Position numbers and translations under genes: made by a program | In this document: positions 49,297 to 51,753 of the stretch, piece by piece | How the letters are laid out: the number at the start of each line of letters is the position of its first letter | How positions within the stretch are numbered: the stretch's first letter is position 1 | The notes under the pieces: model-generated | Told to the model about the DNA's origin: nothing | The model's input: the letters and a program-made list of their open reading frames with translations, nothing else | Databases searched by the model: none | From: Planctomycetota bacterium | GTDB taxonomy: Bacteria; Planctomycetota; Planctomycetia; Pirellulales; Lacipirellulaceae | Assembly (NCBI GenBank): GCA_039190745.1 | Contig: JBCCXZ010000024.1 | Coordinates: 1-51,753, forward strand | Reading direction: 5' to 3' | DNA length: 51,753 nt

Positions 49297-50679
49297 ATGC
49301 TACGCAACCGTCGCCTCACCATCGAATCGCTCGAAGACCGCCGCATGCTAAGTGGCACACCACCGCAAGTCGAGGCCGTGACGGTTTCAAGCAACTCATG
49401 GTCGCCTGATTTTGTCGACTACCTAGAGGGCAACTACCTAGGGACCGGCGGATACGAAATCCCAACCGGCTCGAGTGCCCAGTCGAACCCCCTCCCTTGG
49501 ATCGATCTCGACACGATCAAGATCCGGTTCAGTGAAGACGTGCACGTAGACAAGCAAGACCTTTCGATCACCGGGGTTCTCGGAGGCCAGTACGATACCG
49601 GCGGCTTCTGGTACGACCCACAGACACGCGAAGCAGAGTGGACGCTGCCAGTGGCTTTACCCGCTGGAGAGGTCCTCCACCTGGATCTCGATGCGGGCGG
49701 CGTGGACGCGGTAACCGACCTGTCCGGGAACGCACTCGACGGAGAGTGGACGAACAACGTCACCTCAGGGGCCTCGGGGGACGGGGTTGCCGGAGGAGAC
49801 TTCGAGTTCCGCTTCAGCATCTTGGAAGGGGACACCTGGTCGTCGGGGTACGTCAACTTGTTTGATTATCTGTACACGTACTCTCGGATTGGCTTAGTCG
49901 CCGGCGATCCGAACTACGACCCGCAGTATGACGTTAACGGTGACGCCGCGATCGACAACGCAGACTTCCTGCTGGTGCAGGGACAGCTCGGCCAAGGCCT
50001 ACCCAGCGGGTCGGCTGTGGGAGAGACCGATGACGCCCCGACAACCACCGGCGGCGACTATCTATCGATCACAGACCGCGACATCGACCACGCCTTTTCG
50101 CTGTTCGGTGCGTTCGACGATCTGGAGGACCCGGACACATCGCTCACTTACTCCATCGTCAGCCAATCAGCCCCAGAGCTGATGGACTATGTAACGATCG
50201 ACGCTGCTGCGGGCACGCTCATCGTAAACGCAGTGGATTCCATTGCACCCTTGTCTGCTCCTGCGACTACAGGCCTTGCTGCGTCTACTAACGCAGCCTC
50301 GAGCGCAGCTGGGGCGGTAGGGCGGAACACTGTCACAGTGAGTGCCACAGATCAGTCGGGTCAGTCCGTTGAGGCGTTGTTCACAGTCGATGTTGGGCGC
50401 CAGAACCTGCCGCCGGAGATATCAGGCTACAGTATCGAAGCACTGTCGGCGGACGTATGGGAGGTCTTCGGAATCGTCTCCGACCCGGACGACGACGTTG
50501 AAGGGATGATTGTCGAGCTGACCGGTGTATTCTCGGAACGCGCCGTCGTGCGAGCAGACGGCACCTTCAACATCTTAGTGATTATTCCACCCACGGCTTT
50601 TGGCTGGGAGACAGCGACAGTCGCCGACCCGCACGGTGGCGTGTCTACTTCGCCCGTCACTTGGATTGGGCTTACGTAG
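49297..50679 (+). CDS. Planctomycete extracellular protein (RRL..E.LEDRRML leader) with dockerin-like and Ig/cadherin-like domains
   Basis: MLRNRRLTIESLEDRRMLS, D..GNALDGEW, GDG.AGGDF, DVNGD..ID..D and N.PP..DPD motifs. Confidence 0.88.
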   Translation: MLRNRRLTIESLEDRRMLSGTPPQVEAVTVSSNSWSPDFVDYLEGNYLGTGGYEIPTGSSAQSNPLPWIDLDTIKIRFSEDVHVDKQDLSITGVLGGQYDTGGFWYDPQTREAEWTLPVALPAGEVLHLDLDAGGVDAVTDLSGNALDGEWTNNVTSGASGDGVAGGDFEFRFSILEGDTWSSGYVNLFDYLYTYSRIGLVAGDPNYDPQYDVNGDAAIDNADFLLVQGQLGQGLPSGSAVGETDDAPTTTGGDYLSITDRDIDHAFSLFGAFDDLEDPDTSLTYSIVSQSAPELMDYVTIDAAAGTLIVNAVDSIAPLSAPATTGLAASTNAASSAAGAVGRNTVTVSATDQSGQSVEALFTVDVGRQNLPPEISGYSIEALSADVWEVFGIVSDPDDDVEGMIVELTGVFSERAVVRADGTFNILVIIPPTAFGWETATVADPHGGVSTSPVTWIGLT

Positions 50680-51142
50680 TAATCCCCACGCGATGGCGTA
50701 CCTAAGAATGCCGCCCATCCGAGAATGGCTGGTCCGCTGAACGTGATGCTGAGCAATTTGGCGACAGGAGCGTTGCTCGCCCTGGTGGCGTTTCGATGAC
50801 AGCTGACATCAGGACCTCGAATGCCCCGCCTACGATAACGGACTACATCGCCGAAGCGCTACACTCACATGAGTGGGAGATGTCCGGTAGAGCGCCTGAT
50901 CCTAATGACAACCTGAAGGCATGATCGTCCAGTTGAAAGGCGCTATGGATACTCAAGCTGTCGTTCAGGCCTGTGGAACCTTCTCGGTCCTGGTGGCAAT
51001 TCACTTGGGCGCCTTCAGGTGAGAGTACGTAACTGCCTCTGATGGAAACGTCGGGACGTCGAGCAGCCCAGCGACCAGTATCGGTCTAACCTATAGGTTC
51101 TTCTGTTACTGCGATCAAACCATGGGCAGTTCTACTTTCCGG

Positions 51143-51361
51143 CTAGGATTCGTCGATGTTCCCGAGTTTCTCCACTATTTTCGCGAGCAACGCCAGTGTT
51201 TGCTCTCGTGGGGCTGTTCGGAGCCACTCAACTATCTTTGGATCTAGAACGGCCGTTGAGAAGATATCTTCATCCGGAAAGAGCTCTGCTATCGCGAACA
51301 ACTTCCGTGACACAGCTCTTTCTGGAACCGTCGCTGTCGTTTCTTTGTGGACGACCGACAT
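51143..51361 (-). CDS. Small hypothetical protein (72 aa), third member of the 29876/30355 family
   Basis: RKLFAIAELFPDEDIF..PKIVEWLRTAPREQ aligns with both paralogs. Confidence 0.6.
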   Translation of the reverse strand: MSVVHKETTATVPERAVSRKLFAIAELFPDEDIFSTAVLDPKIVEWLRTAPREQTLALLAKIVEKLGNIDES

Positions 51362-51514
51362 CTAGCGCTCGCTTTAAGTTGTTTTGGACTAGTTGACTCT
51401 ATCGACGAAGATGATCAGAAGCCACCACGATCCATCTGACTGAGCTGCTAGTAACGATTGTATTGACTAGCGAAGCATTCAATGCCCTTGCTCACCCCAC
51501 TTAAAGAATACTTA

Positions 51515-51625
51515 GAGCGTGTGATCAGAACCGTCGTGCGATGAGTCGTTTGTAGGCGATGAGCCCGCATGCGAGTTGGACGAAGGCTTCGTAGATGTCG
51601 GGGTTGCGGTCGTGGTTTTCCCCCC
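51515..51625 (-). mobile_element. IS5-family right-end remnant (transposase C-terminus + terminal IR)
   Basis: HDRNPDIYEAFVQLACGLI resembles an IS5 C-terminus; terminus GAGCGTGTGATCAGAA preceded by TTA target-like triplet (51512-14). Confidence 0.7.
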
Positions 51626-51753
51626 TGAAATTGAGCCGCGTGTTGTGAGAGGATCGCATCCGGGCGAAGCCCGGAAAGGATTCTCCGACGATGAAGCGAA
51701 CACGGCACACGACGGAGCAGATCATCGAGAAGCTGCGGCTTGCGGACGTTGCC
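51626..51753 (+). mobile_element. IS3-family element left end with start of orfA (51691 to beyond window)
   Basis: TG-initiated end, AAAGGA RBS, MKRTRHTTEQIIEKLRLADVA; exact left end uncertain (51626 or 51632). Confidence 0.8.

Larger units (their letters stand above)
39995..51753. mobile_element. Decaying tRNA-Leu-integrated genomic island (right end beyond window)
   Basis: Integrase directly after the tRNA, visibly lower GC and atypical codons, TA pair, leading-region remnants, IS fragments. Confidence 0.8.

Overview
GC-rich bacterial chromosome segment, almost certainly a planctomycete (Pirellulales-type). The assignment rests on a DUF1559 prepilin-like protein, an 'LEDRRML' extracellular protein, PEP-CTERM proteins with dockerin-like motifs, and an ECF sigma factor paired with a Ser/Thr kinase. 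Bases 1-39.9 kb are core-like: pfk, ppa, pyk, a CaCA antiporter, a nuclease, a STAS protein, a dacB-ddpX-NlpC/P60 peptidoglycan-peptide cluster, Fpg/Nei and AlkD repair genes, a sulfatase, an AAA ATPase, an S10 peptidase, ilvD, a GT12-like glycosyltransferase, an alginate lyase and a cyclophilin. Single foreign-looking genes and several REP-like hairpin families are interspersed. From tRNA-Leu(CAA) at 39911-39994 to the window end lies a decaying genomic island. It holds an amber-interrupted tyrosine integrase, leading-region remnants with an Frpo-like palindrome, a PIN toxin-antitoxin pair, DUF1559, an atypical LuxR regulator, ECF+STK, an extracellular protein, and an IS5 remnant cut by IS3. 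Strongest unexplained signals: (1) a dispersed ~300-360 nt non-coding element family (REP hairpin, sigma70-like promoter/operator, conserved structured 3' block); (2) a 114-bp duplication of that element's 5' part that brackets one foreign gene like a cassette; (3) three copies of an unrecognised 70-85 aa protein family. All calls were made by eye from motifs; no searches were run.
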